From NCBI GenBank assembly GCA_030141605.1, contig JAQGDQ010001521.1:1-36625 (forward strand): a stretch of 36,625 nucleotides of DNA, written 5' to 3'. Made by a program: the position numbers and the translations under genes. Every line of letters starts with the position of its first letter. The stretch's first letter is position 1. A model generated the notes under the pieces. That model was not told where the DNA came from and ran no database searches. It saw nothing but the letters and a program-made list of their open reading frames with translations. The DNA is from Tubiluchus corallicola (lineage: Eukaryota > Animalia > Priapulida). Below are positions 36,336 to 36,625 of the stretch, one piece after another.

Positions 36336-36625
36336 GTTTAAATTATTTAATTTAATTGTTGTAACTGTCACTCATCATTTGAACCATGTGAATGCTGGAT
36401 TAATATAGGTCTACAAGTAGTACTATGTAGTTAAAACTTACCTTCAGAGTATGTAATGGATCTTGACGATCAATGATACAAAATTTGTGTATTGGCAGGT
36501 AGCCCCACCTAGTGTTAAAATTTATAAGGAGTGAATGCTAGGTGATGAGGCAAGTTAGTTGGCATGGTCATGTGTGTGCAGATCTAGTCAAACTGTTAGA
36601 GCTGTACAAATCTATTAATCTCTTT

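Overview
AT-rich genomic DNA from an invertebrate animal, with spliceosomal GT-AG introns. (1) A DEAH-box RNA helicase gene, DHX35, lies on the minus strand: 18 frame-compatible exons from 34676 down to 7190, giving about 611 aa plus stop. (2) The DHX35 N-terminal exon (GTEAPG...QQRQKLPIFK) lies on the PLUS strand at 36208-36335, and I could not find the Walker A exon in the window. (3) A 9.2 kb DHX35 intron hosts an antisense nested gene with an about 820 aa uninterrupted ORF. It resembles Egalitarian (five winged-helix Egl-type repeats, two OB/cold-shock-like domains, a C-terminal dynein-light-chain-type CQT motif) but has no exonuclease domain. (4) A decayed, intron-containing WDR27 pseudogene occupies about 343-3764 on the plus strand. 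(5) Introns carry hAT-type MITEs with 8-bp TSDs, LINE fragments, tRNA-derived SINEs and a 6 x 92 bp tandem repeat. Homology calls come from my recall of family sequences, not from database searches.
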